Assembly: GCA_951406725.2 (NCBI GenBank)
Contig: OX597818.1
Coordinates: forward strand, 94,736,001 to 94,800,000
From: Octopus vulgaris
Lineage: Eukaryota
Direction of reading: 5' to 3'
DNA length: 64,000 bases
Positions 52,605 through 64,000 of the stretch are shown here, in pieces (position 1 is the stretch's first letter; every line of letters begins with the position of its first letter). The translations under genes were made by a program, and so were the position numbers. The notes below the pieces were generated by a model. The model worked only from the letters and a program-made list of their open reading frames with translations. It was not told the DNA's origin and did not search any database.

Positions 52605-53340
52605 TATGTGTATAATAAACATAAAAATATTTTTTCTATGAGAATTCCCTACTTATTTTATTGTTTTCTTTCACTTGCCTGGTATTTCTATAGCCATACT
52701 AGTATGGACAGGATGGATTTTTAGGGGATAGGGAGCAGTTTTTCTATAGCTCACCAATGAACCACTCAGCAATGAAGTAGACATGGAACTTCTCACTAGT
52801 CAGTTAGACTGAAGCAAGCAGAATTTATATATCCTAACTGCACAAAAACAGTGGTTGTATTCATTAGATTTTAACTACAAGTAATTAGTAGTCTGTTGTG
52901 TTATTCTAGCTGTCTATTTTAAAGTATAAGCTGGCATTTTTCAATCACCAGAAGGAAATGATGAATTAATGAGAAGTAAATTTATTTTGGCTTTTGCACT
53001 AAAATCACAAAAGTTAATTTCACCAGTTTCTTCCATTATCTTCTGCTTGTATTTCATTAAAGTCTGTTTTTGGTGACAAATATTTTCAGATTTCTTTTTG
53101 TTTTTGCAATGACACTTGTTTGTCTTGCTATTTGAGCAACAACTAGCCTAACTTCAATGGTAAAGTTTTTAACCTGCTCCTCTTTTATTTGACCAACAGA
53201 CTACATGCTACTTAGCACCAGCAACAGTTATGTCAGTTGATCAGCACTAACATGATATATAAATATATAAATAGTAATAAACACCAACATTATATATACA
53301 TTTATATATATACACATACTATATATATATATACACTTTA

Positions 53341-53459
53341 TTGATAAAGCTGCAGAAACATTACAAAAACTGTTTCATGTTCCCATTTGTTGGACAGTTT
53401 TGGTTCAGAACATGAAACTCTGAGTAACAGTTTTTGTGATATCTTTGCAGCTTTATTAA
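53341..53459. repeat. Long imperfect hairpin in a (TA)n-flanked element
   Basis: Arms ttgataaagctgcagaaacattacaaaaactgtt and aacagtttttgtgatatctttgcagctttattaa, plus an inner tttcatgttc / gaacatgaaa pair. Confidence 0.8.
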
Positions 53460-56267
53460 TAAAGCATATTACTCTATTTCCTGTATTCAAATGCTATTTT
53501 TTCCACCTTGTTTCACATTTATGTGCTTACCTTGGTATACATACCTACATATATATATATGTATATATAAGATAACATCAATAGGATATACATGCTAGTT
53601 TGCCTTTCCAACATATGTATCGACAAAGTTTTGATAATATAGAAACACTTTAAACAGCCCTTCATAGAAATATAATTAAGGAAGAGTTAACAGTAGTTCC
53701 TAACAATATATTAATGCAGATAATGTTAAGAAATTCTGACCTTAACTGCCATTGTGATCACTTAATTTCCATTTTAACTCCATGTGTGGGCTGGTGTGTA
53801 TATGTGTGAGGGGGTCTGAATAACATTTACTAACAACATGAGACTGTTTTGTTATGATTGCTATTGATTTGACACTCTATCTTAAACTAGTGTTTTCTTT
53901 CTTTTGTGTTTTTCTTAATTTGACATAAATTTCTTCATAATAACTTGTCTGTTCAATTTTACAGTTCCTCCATCAAATATAATTGGTTTACTCTTCATTG
54001 TGATGGAAATGTTTTCAACCACCCACAAACATAGACACACATAATTTTATCTTCAGCTTATTTGTCACAGAACACCTGTAAACATTGATACTATTTTCAG
54101 CAAAGTTTAAAGAAAATTTTAGTTAAAATTATGCTGAATATTTATTGTAAATCATCATCTTGATATTGGAGATGTGCGATTGAATAGACAGTTCTATTAA
54201 TTTATCATATATAGTTGTTTTGCTCTTGAATAATTTAGATTTGTTTGCATTTTGAGTTATCACTCATCTAATCTATGCTAATCAAAAGGAGGTAATTAGG
54301 TCAGAGAAAAATTTGATTAAGGATAATTTAATTTATTTAGTCCACTGAAATATTCTTTCTGTTGTTTGAATTATAAAGAGATCTGTTCTTCTGGCCGTGA
54401 CCTTTGCGCCAATATGATTGCAGCTGACATCATGTAACTCTTCTCAGATGCCCTGCTACATGTCTTGTATTTCAGACTCAGACTAAGTACACCCAATAAG
54501 CATTGTATTGCACTTTTATCATTTTCCTGGGGTCTGTAAAATGGCTATGGCTTCTATGTTATTGTGGTGAAATAATTCACATTAGAAATGATTCGAGTAA
54601 AACAGCAACTTTATAAGTCAACAAGGGTGCTATATGGTCCCTCAACCAGCTAGAAATAAAAGCCAAATCTTCCTTAAGCACACAAAACATTATGTAGTCC
54701 TTGATACATTTATATATAAATAAAGGATGGGATGGTTGCTGCTAGGATACCTTTTATGGTAGGTCTCCTGGATCTGCTGAATTGGTATTAAACAAAAGCA
54801 ATTACAGTTACTTGAAACTGTCTGTGTAGCTATTGGAATTCTCAAAATTATCCAACCTCTTTACATGAGAAGAAACTGGATGTCAATATAGAACAAAATT
54901 TTGTTTTTAAGAATTATAGACAACTTTGGTGAAATGAATATTTGTTTTCTTTTCTCTGAGTAACTAAGGATGTAGTTATCTACTTAGAAATAACTACAAT
55001 CATTATGGATTGAATGAAAAATATATGGTGTAAAATTTATAGAAAATTATGGTTTCCTTAGCTGGATAACAAATATTAGGTTATGGAAATATTCTATAAT
55101 TGATTAAAATGATAATTTTTCTGATTATTTCTAAACTAGGGATAATATCTTTATCTACTAGGCCACTGGTGCATGTACTTAGTGGATAAGGACATTATTT
55201 AAGAAATGAGGATCTTAGTTTAAATCAAGTCTCGGATAGAGTTTAGAGATCCAGGAATAAGATATTTGATGATAATGGTTAAATCATGATATTGGTATAA
55301 ATATTGTAAAGATGAGGTTAATAGTCCAGAGAATTATAATCTTAATTACAACCCATTTCAGTCATTTAGACATTCTTTAAATGAATTAACTGAATATTTA
55401 CAAATCATCAAATTATATTAATTAAAATATACCATATAGCTCAAGCTTGTCAGATTTAAAAAAATGGATGCAAGCCAGTTAAATCCAACTGTCATCACAG
55501 CTGCTTAAGAAATACCTTGCATTACAAAATATTGTAGAACAGAGCAGCTAATTACATCCAGTTAGCATATCTTTTGTTACACTGATAATAGTTTTGAACT
55601 TAGATATTTAGTTATGTCTGTTGATATTTCAGTAAACCCTAACCAGACTCTTATATTATACTGTTCCAATACTGCAACAATCACATGAGTATATTAGCTG
55701 TTACTTAAATTCTATGAAGTATGTCACTAAAATTTATTTAACATATAACATCTCCTTTTGTTAGTATTCTTATTTTGGTGAGTGATGTTTAAGTCTTTTG
55801 CAATCTAGCTAACCTTCACCACCTTTTGTGGATATAGTGTGTAAGGGTTGCGTTTAAGTTTAATTTCACTGAGAACTTTAATTATTAGCATCTGACTTTC
55901 TTTTCGTTTTCTTCAAACTTAAATATTTTAGTTACCTGATATTTGCCACTTGTTGTTACTACTACTACTACTGCTACTACTACTACTACTACTTCTACTA
56001 CTGTTTCCTGAGCCTCTCTTAATTTCTATTTTTTGATTGTATTTTAAATGTAATGTCTCTATAACTTGTTTAGATAATTCAGTTCTGTACAGTGACTTGT
56101 CAACTGTTTTCTCCTATCTCAATTATTTAATTTCCACAAAAATCTACTATATGGCATGTTACATACTGAAACATTACAAACTAATACATTTCTTTTCAAA
56201 TATTCTGCACTTCTTTAAATATCAACATTTCAATAAAAAGCAAAAACATGTTACTGTGAACATATGC

Positions 56268-56300
<33 letters not shown>

Positions 56301-57433
56301 TATATATATATATATATAATAATGTTCAGCATGTTATTGTTAAATATCTTAAATTTCTTACAAAATAATTTGTCTTCTCTGTAAATTAATCTGTTGATAA
56401 TAAGCTGTCACTCTGAAAAGATATTTTCATTTAAAGTTTCATGCAATTTTATTTCCCTGTTCTCAATGTAATCTGTACTCTTCATCAGTTTTAAGATAGG
56501 TTTCATTGTGTGCGCATACATATACATACATACATATATATATGTATATATATATATATATATATAGATAGATAGCTAGATATATATATATATATAGATG
56601 TTATGTAATTAGAGATATCTTTTCAAACTCTATGCTCTTTTCTAGTACCGTCACCTTGAAATGATTTCTCAGTTTTGCAACTGTCTTATACCAATATTAT
56701 ATATATATTTTTTTGTAGTAAATATACCTGATATACAGAATAACTCTGATTAACAAATGCATTAATAAGAAAAAATAATTTCTAAATTTAAAAGAATGAA
56801 TTATTAATTTAACAATTTAAATTTCAATTAATTCTGCCATATTTGTTTTCATTAAAATCAATCTTTCCTAATTTCATAATATTTACATTTTAATAACTTA
56901 TTTCCAGAGTGTGACCTAACATGTTTTAAAATTAAAACGTCATTCACTTTGCTTAACCTTTAGTATTCTAAACAACTGCCTACACCAACAATGCTATATT
57001 ATTATTGATATTAATTCTGCAGTAGTTGTAAACACTCAAATCTGACTACTTTACAAATACATACGACTCTGGGAGGTGAAAATTCAGTTTATATTTCATT
57101 GACAGCATGGTTTGTCATAAGTAGTACAGCATAAACATGTCAACCATAGTTGCTTGGAGCATGCTTAAAAGTTAATTTACCTTTATTTGAGATTCCATAC
57201 AGAATATACAATTCAGCAAAAAGGTGTCATTTTGTTGGCTTCTTAAATTATGTAACTGAAAACACCCTCTAAAAATTTATTTACAGTATTTTTTAATAAC
57301 AGAAGGTTCTGTAAGCTTTATTAGGTAAACCACCAATCACTTATTTTTGAAATTGTTTAAATAAATCAAGTACAAAGAGTGTGTGTGTGCACATGTGTAT
57401 GGATGGAGATATAGATATGTCTGTATATATGTA

Positions 57434-57484
<51 letters not shown>

Positions 57485-57513
57485 TCACACACATGTATAC
57501 ATCTCTCTCCCTC

Positions 57514-57561
<48 letters not shown>

Positions 57562-58624
57562 GTGTGCGTGTGTATTTTTATATGTATTCATTCATTTTTA
57601 GGTTTGTTTTTCTATGCTAGCATGGGTTACAGGAATATATTATTAAGGCATTATTTTATAGCTGGATGTTCTTCCATTTATTTACCCATACTTCTCTCAC
57701 AAGTATGTGATATCATATTCTACACATCTTGAAAGGTACTAAACCAGTGTACAACCTGTTGACAGGGAAAATGACAATTATGTTACCACCCACGGAAGTG
57801 CAAGTATAAACAAACACATAGGCATATACATGTTCGCACGCGCGCACACACACACACATATAATCACATATATATGATGGGCTTCTTTCAGTTTCTGTTT
57901 GCCAAATCCATTGAGAAAGCCTTGGTCAGCTTGGGGTTATGCTAGAAAGCACCTGCTTGAGCTGTTGAACAGTTGGGCTGAATCTGAAATCATTGAACTT
58001 CTTAACCACACCTGTAACTATTATATGTCTATATATATTTTTATTATTTTTAATCATCAGAAAGTTCCAAAAGTGACTTGACAACCAAAGGTTTCGTCTC
58101 ATGCCCTTGAGTCACTTTTAGCCCTTGTGTGACTTTTGTAAGTTTCTGCTGATTAAAAATGATACACACACACACACACACACACACATATAGCAAGGGG
58201 ATAGGGATTTAGGAAATCTAAGTGAGTATCTCAGTTAGCACTCCATGTGAAATCCAATCTAACAGAATGTATAGGAAGGAAAATTAGAATTAGTATTTCA
58301 TTTATCCAAAAGATGCATACAAATTTGAAATCCAAGGAAATATACTAATTATGAGATTGGTGCATCCCTCACAGACTGTAAACATAGACAAAAGAATACA
58401 AATGACAGTATCACATTTATTAACCAGTTACAACCATTTCAATAATTAGTGATATTGTTACATCAATCAACATGCTAGTTTATGCAAATAAAGAACATTT
58501 GTGTAAAACTATACAAATATTAAATGAAATTTTCCACATATCATTTCAGAAGCATTTGTATGTGTTTGTGTATAGAGATAGATACACACACACGCACACA
58601 TATGTGTTTGTGTGTGTGTGTGTA

Positions 58625-58663
<39 letters not shown>

Positions 58664-61340
58664 TATTACATTATGAGCATTTCAACCCCATAGGCTTCTT
58701 TTTGTGTATGTGCTAGTGTAGTTTTCTGATATTTAATCAATATGATGGCTGAACCTTTAAGCAAAAAAGTGAAGATATCCTTTCCAAAACTATCTCTTAA
58801 GCCTTTAACATCCAGATTAATTTATCAAATGTAATGCTTATTTATTCACATTTTAAAAAATTAATCATGTGCCACCTTGTATGTTCAAGATTTTGAAGAT
58901 GTAATCTTTTATGTTTAGAATGACATTGTAAGGTAGGTGAGAGAGGCTGGATCTGGCCAGTTTGAACATAAAACAGGTAGAGCATTTGGGACAGATATAG
59001 CCAGTTTAAAAGCTAAAGAATTAAAGCAAAGTATTATCATAATAATGTACTTCTACCAAAATATTAAAGTATCTAAGAACAAAATAAATAAAGCAGATCG
59101 CTTGTATCAGGTTAACAGAAATATTTTTTTGTTAAATGAAATATAGTTAACTATCATATTCTACAACCCCTAAGATAACACAGACCATAACCTCCCCTAA
59201 CTCAACCAAAGTATATAAAAATAATAGTATTAAAGCTTGGGAAAATTCCAGTAGTGCCTATAAATCTGAATGTAATTGTCTTATCACTTCCAACTGCTTG
59301 AAAAAAATATAGTAGTTTACCAAGGCAATGTAGCCCAAGCTCTTCAAATAAGGTGTATATTGACCTATCTCATGGCAAATTAAAGTCTCAATACAGCCAA
59401 TATCTTTATTCATCAGAGTAAAATGATGCAACTATTAATAATAATGATAATCCTTTCTACTATAGGCACAGGGCCTGAAATTTTGGGGGAGGGAACTAGT
59501 CAGTTACATCGACCCCAGTATTTCACTGGTATTTAATTTATCAATCCCGAAAGGATCACAAGCATAGTCAACCTTGGCAAAATTTGTACTCAGAATGTAG
59601 TGACAGACGAAATACTGCTAAGCATTTTGGCTGGCATGCTAACAATTCTACAAGCTTGCTGCCTTAATAATAATAATAATAATAATGATAATAATAATAA
59701 TAATAGCTATTATTTCTAATATGAGCACAAGGCTAGCATTTCAACATGAGCTAGCTAATACTATTGACCCCAGGATTTGACTGGTACTTTATTGATCACA
59801 AAATGATGAAGGACAATGCTTTTGAAATCATCACTCAGAACAAATACAATAATGAATCTTTTCCATTGTCCTAATGATTCTGCCGTTTTGCTGCCTTAAT
59901 AATAGTAATGTGTTAATGATTCTAGTGGTGATCAGAGCACTGGGCTGCATATTGGACATTTTTAAGGACTAGGTAAATAAAATCAGAACTGCTGCAAGGT
60001 TACAGGTCATGCAAAGAGAGCACTTCTTGGTACAGTAAGGATATTAGGGAAAGTCTTGTCTATGTAAGGCACAGGAGAGGAAGCAGTAAAGGACCTTTGT
60101 CAATTTGTTGACTGCCACTTAACTGAAATGTCTGAACCATTTAGCATCTAAGTTGCTCTGAAATTTACAAAAATGAAACTAATAAAATAATGGCAACAAA
60201 AAAGATATCTATGCTCATATTAAATATAAATTTATTGGCACTCATATCAAGTATTATTGTTGTACAATGGTATTCTGTATAATGATGTACTGTATGTTAA
60301 GATGCTGCAGTACAGTGCTCTGTGGTATGCTGATTAGATTAACCTCCTGGATTTTGATAGAATTTATAATTCAGCTAAGTTCAGTAAATTGCATGCTTGC
60401 AAGCTGGTACTATCTCAGATTTTTAAAATTAAAACGTACTTTTGCTAAGAGGATATATGATGCTTCTTCTAAACATGAAATATATTGTATTCCTGGTGTA
60501 GCCATAGCTAGAATTTTCCACTGGAGGTTGTATTCTATATTAGTTTCTTTCAAGTGCAGAGATTGCTTGATATCTCACTTGTATTATTCTGTATTCTTCT
60601 ATTACAGTTCTCCTTAAAGTATTAATTTACTATTATCATTATTACTGTTGATAGAACCAGAGATATTGTGCAAAATCTACATAAACTTTCTTTTCCCTTA
60701 CAAATATAGTCATAGCTACCATCAATGTTATCATTATTATCATATTAATCTAACTGAGCGAACAGAATACCTTATAAGGTAGGCATTACTCTTAAATAAA
60801 ACCTATATACGATTAATTCAATCCACCTATTAGGCCACATAAAGATAAAAAATGCATATACATCATATACATCATTTCTAATTAAAGATTCAATTGATTA
60901 GAGTGTAGTTACTTCCCTTCAGCCATGTTTGAAATGCATTGCATAGATAGCCATTTTGACCTGATACAATTGATCTAATTTCTATGTACTTTATTCTTAA
61001 CATTCTTATAGATGCACATTATTATAATAAAACTTCTCTTTTAAGAGACAGTATTGGTTGTGGGCATTTTACTTTGAGGCTGAGGAGGTCAGCTATCGTA
61101 CAATATAAATATACAAAAATAATTCCTTGAATCACATGTTATTCTTGATAAAATTACAACGTTGAAATGAACATACTGTAACATCTTGAATACAAAACCT
61201 GAAAATCTACATTTGCTTCATATATTGAGTAGTAAAGTTGCAAGAAATCTACTTCAGTTGAGCCTATCAACAAAGACCAAATGCATGTCTATTTCTTTAT
61301 ATGTGTGTGTGTGTGTCTGTGTGCATGTATTGCTTTATAT

Positions 61341-61710
61341 GTTCCAGCCCAAAGGCTGTGGCAATGCTAGGGCACTGCCATTAACATCATCATTTCAAAA
61401 GCTATTCTCATGTGGTTAGCTTGTGATGAATTACTAAGTTTGATATTGCTGCCCACATTTCAGTTTCTTGCTGTGATATAGGCTCATTTGGGATCTTCAA
61501 GTGCAGAAGGTCATGGTGCTTCTTGAAAGCTTCTATCTCCATTCCATGTAGATCCCCTGGGTTCTTTGACCGGATATTAAACAATTGTTGGCTCTTGAAT
61601 ACCAAGCTATTGTGCAGTACTTGGCCCTTACTCTAGATGGAGTGGTGAGGATCTTTGTACACTGTAGTAACATCCTGTTTGGGGTTTGGTATAAGTCTTG
61701 ATGCCAAAGT
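61341..61710 (-). mobile_element. Old 3' fragment of the CR1/L2-type LINE
   Basis: ORF 61408-61605 (QQLFNI...DLHGM...FK...PNEP..QQE) matches the LINE C-terminus; tail hairpin cagcc-tttg-ggctg. Confidence 0.8.
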
Positions 61711-61899
61711 GTGTATGTATATATATGCTCACAGGTGTGTATGTATACATACAGATAGATAGATACATACATACATATGTACATACGTAGATACATACAT
61801 ATATACATAGATACGTACGTACATACATACATACATACGAATGCATGTATATTTAGAATAGTGAAAAGGCAAAGATTTCAGAGATGCATCATTTCATTC

Positions 61900-62200
61900 T
61901 AAATTCTACAGCTGTTTCAGCAGCAAAATCACAAACATCATTCATATAGTTACATCATTACTATATAGAATCAATAATAAATATATAAAAGTACATAATT
62001 TATTTAAATGTATTGTATAAACCATTTCATCAGGGATTAAGAATGAAATATATATTTTAATTTTAGATATTTCGTTTTTCTCTCCTGATGGAATATCTTG
62101 TTTATCAATTTTGAATTAAGGATGTATTTGTTATATCTTGAGTAATATATGATCGATGATATTTTATATGTTTGTCATTGAAACAGCTGTAGAGTGAAAT
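61900..62200. repeat. Divergent pair of hammerhead-like motifs in an inverted Penelope-like terminal arrangement
   Basis: Minus strand: CTGATGA (62033-62027) ... GAAACAGCTGTA (61918-61907). Plus strand: CTGATGG (62085-62091) ... GAAACAGCTGTA (62180-62191). Confidence 0.5.
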
Positions 62201-62525
62201 TATAAAAGAATCTATGTAATTTTTGCTTCTTCCTCTTTTGAACTTGTTGCTCCGGACATTCATTTTAGCCAATTTTTATATATATATGTGAATACATTCC
62301 ACTTATGGGTATTGCATTGTAATAATATACTGGGTTAACAATAGATTAATAAGTGGGCTCTTAAATTCAGTAAATATATTTTATAGCACTTTGGCACTAT
62401 TTTGATATATTAGTTATATATTATCACATATATATTTGCATATGTATATATATATATAATAATGTATTTACCTATAAATGGCCATTTACATATGTATATA
62501 ATTGTGTATGTATATGTACCTATCT

Positions 62526-62572
<47 letters not shown>

Positions 62573-63394
62573 CATATTTAATGTTCTTGTTTCTCCATGC
62601 TGGCATTAGTTGGATGGTTCAACAGGATCTGATGGGTCAGAGGACTATGTTGAACTCCAGCATCTGCTTTGACATAATTTCTATGGCTGAATGTACTTTC
62701 TAATGCCAACTATTCTACAATATGCACTGGATGTGTTTTTCATGGCACCATCACAAGTTAGGTCACCAAGTAAGTTGCAAGACATGAACTCTCAGCAATG
62801 TTGGGGTGCAGTATTAATTGTTGAGAGACTGAAGTTAAATTGAAGGACAGGATCAGGTGTCTTACTGTACAGGAGTTGCGTAGCTACACATCACAAGAAA
62901 GGGAGAAAGGATGGGGGAGATGAAATGCCAGGGTGTCCCCTCAATGTGCAAGAAGGTGGATAAAGAGAATAGGGAGAGAGAATCAAGAACCAAGGATAGC
63001 TGCATTGGTAGGTTTATGAGAGTGACAGATAGTAGAGATTAGAATGGAAGAGAATTTGGTGAATGGCAAGCATCGGTGAAAGCATGGTCAGTGGTGAATC
63101 TCAGTATAGGTGAGGGTAAAAGAAACAGGAGCGGGTCAGAGAGAAACATGAATTAGGGGCAATACATAAAAGGGAGAGAGCTACAGTACAATAAAAGAGT
63201 TGATGTGAAATAGGAAGATCATGTGAGGCATAGTGAGATGTATGTACATATATGTGCATGTTTATAAATTTCTCTATGTATGTATTATAAGGAGTGATGT
63301 AGCCAAGTCATTAGAACACCAGATAGATAGCCTTGTTGTAATCCTCATGCTAAGTTCAATACCTGGTGTAATCAATTTTACCTTTCGTGGAGTT

Positions 63395-63399
<5 letters not shown>

Positions 63400-63458
<59 letters not shown>
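63400..63458. repeat. (CT)n microsatellite, representative of dozens of (TA)n, (CA)n, (CT)n, (TAC)n and (TAA)n arrays in the window
   Basis: Directly visible. Other arrays at about 14250-14370, 21885-21930, 28795-28866, 30030-30106, 35435-35506, 55958-56002 and 62535-62570. Confidence 0.95.
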
Positions 63459-63460
<2 letters not shown>

Positions 63461-64000
63461 ATTGGCTGTGTCAGTCAGTCCTGGAAAGGAGAATGTAATT
63501 ATATGACTACATAAAATGTTGAGAGCCTAGGTTAAGATTTATACTTCTGTCCATGTAAGTGTCCCTGCATGCACATATCTCTACATATATGTATATGCAG
63601 TTTCATAAACATTTGTTTGTGTGTACAAGCAAGAAAGTTTATATACAAAGATTTTGCATATTCAAAGTTATGCAAAATTCAGCTTTCCACCTTTATCTGA
63701 CAGCAGGTTGTAGAAAATGTGAACAGTAGATTTGGCTAAGCAGGTGCTGTATTCCAGCATATGCACCAAATCTTGCCAATAATAAGTATCTGTACTGAAT
63801 AAATTGTGCAATGGTTTTGCTAATTTCTCCATATTTCAATGGAAAAAGGACAATGTGCCAGCCAATAAGCAAACAGGGAATGCATTGACAGGGCCACTGT
63901 GAGATGTTAAATGAAAGAGCCAAAACAACCAGTACTGGACATGCTAGGAAGATTTCAGATGTGTGAGGACCGGTTAGAAGATTGTGGAAGAACTGCAGCA

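Noticed and set aside
53965-53985. Possible 21-nt frame-preserving linker exon (PPSNII)
   Set aside because: The acceptor is plausible but the donor GTTTAC is weak; unsupported without RNA data.
1-64000. Prokaryotic-type systems (CRISPR arrays, operons, defence islands)
   Set aside because: The sequence is eukaryotic intronic DNA; no regularly spaced repeat-spacer array or gene-dense region was seen.

Overview
AT-rich eukaryotic genomic DNA, dense in microsatellites and transposons. The repeat families (tRNA/CORE-type SINEs, RTE fragments with (GAT)n tails, (TA)n/(CA)n arrays) suggest an octopus or other coleoid cephalopod, which is an inference. The window lies inside a large CaMKII (Ca2+/calmodulin-dependent protein kinase II) gene on the + strand. 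Three canonical exons are clear: 40328-40450 (kinase C-lobe end), 43505-43588 (regulatory segment with the RQET autophosphorylation site) and 49046-49088 (CaM-binding segment). A strong 9-nt microexon candidate follows at 49898-49906, and a weaker 45-nt cassette candidate lies at 14785-14829. The remainder is intronic: a nearly intact CR1/L2-type LINE, a fossil Gypsy element with nested insertions, DD34D mariner and DD37D maT elements, a non-autonomous Helitron, hAT and pogo MITEs, several SINE families, and repeats carrying minimal hammerhead-ribozyme-like motifs of probable Penelope origin. Most ORFs in the supplied track are spurious. Coordinates of degraded repeats are approximate, and all alignments were made by eye.
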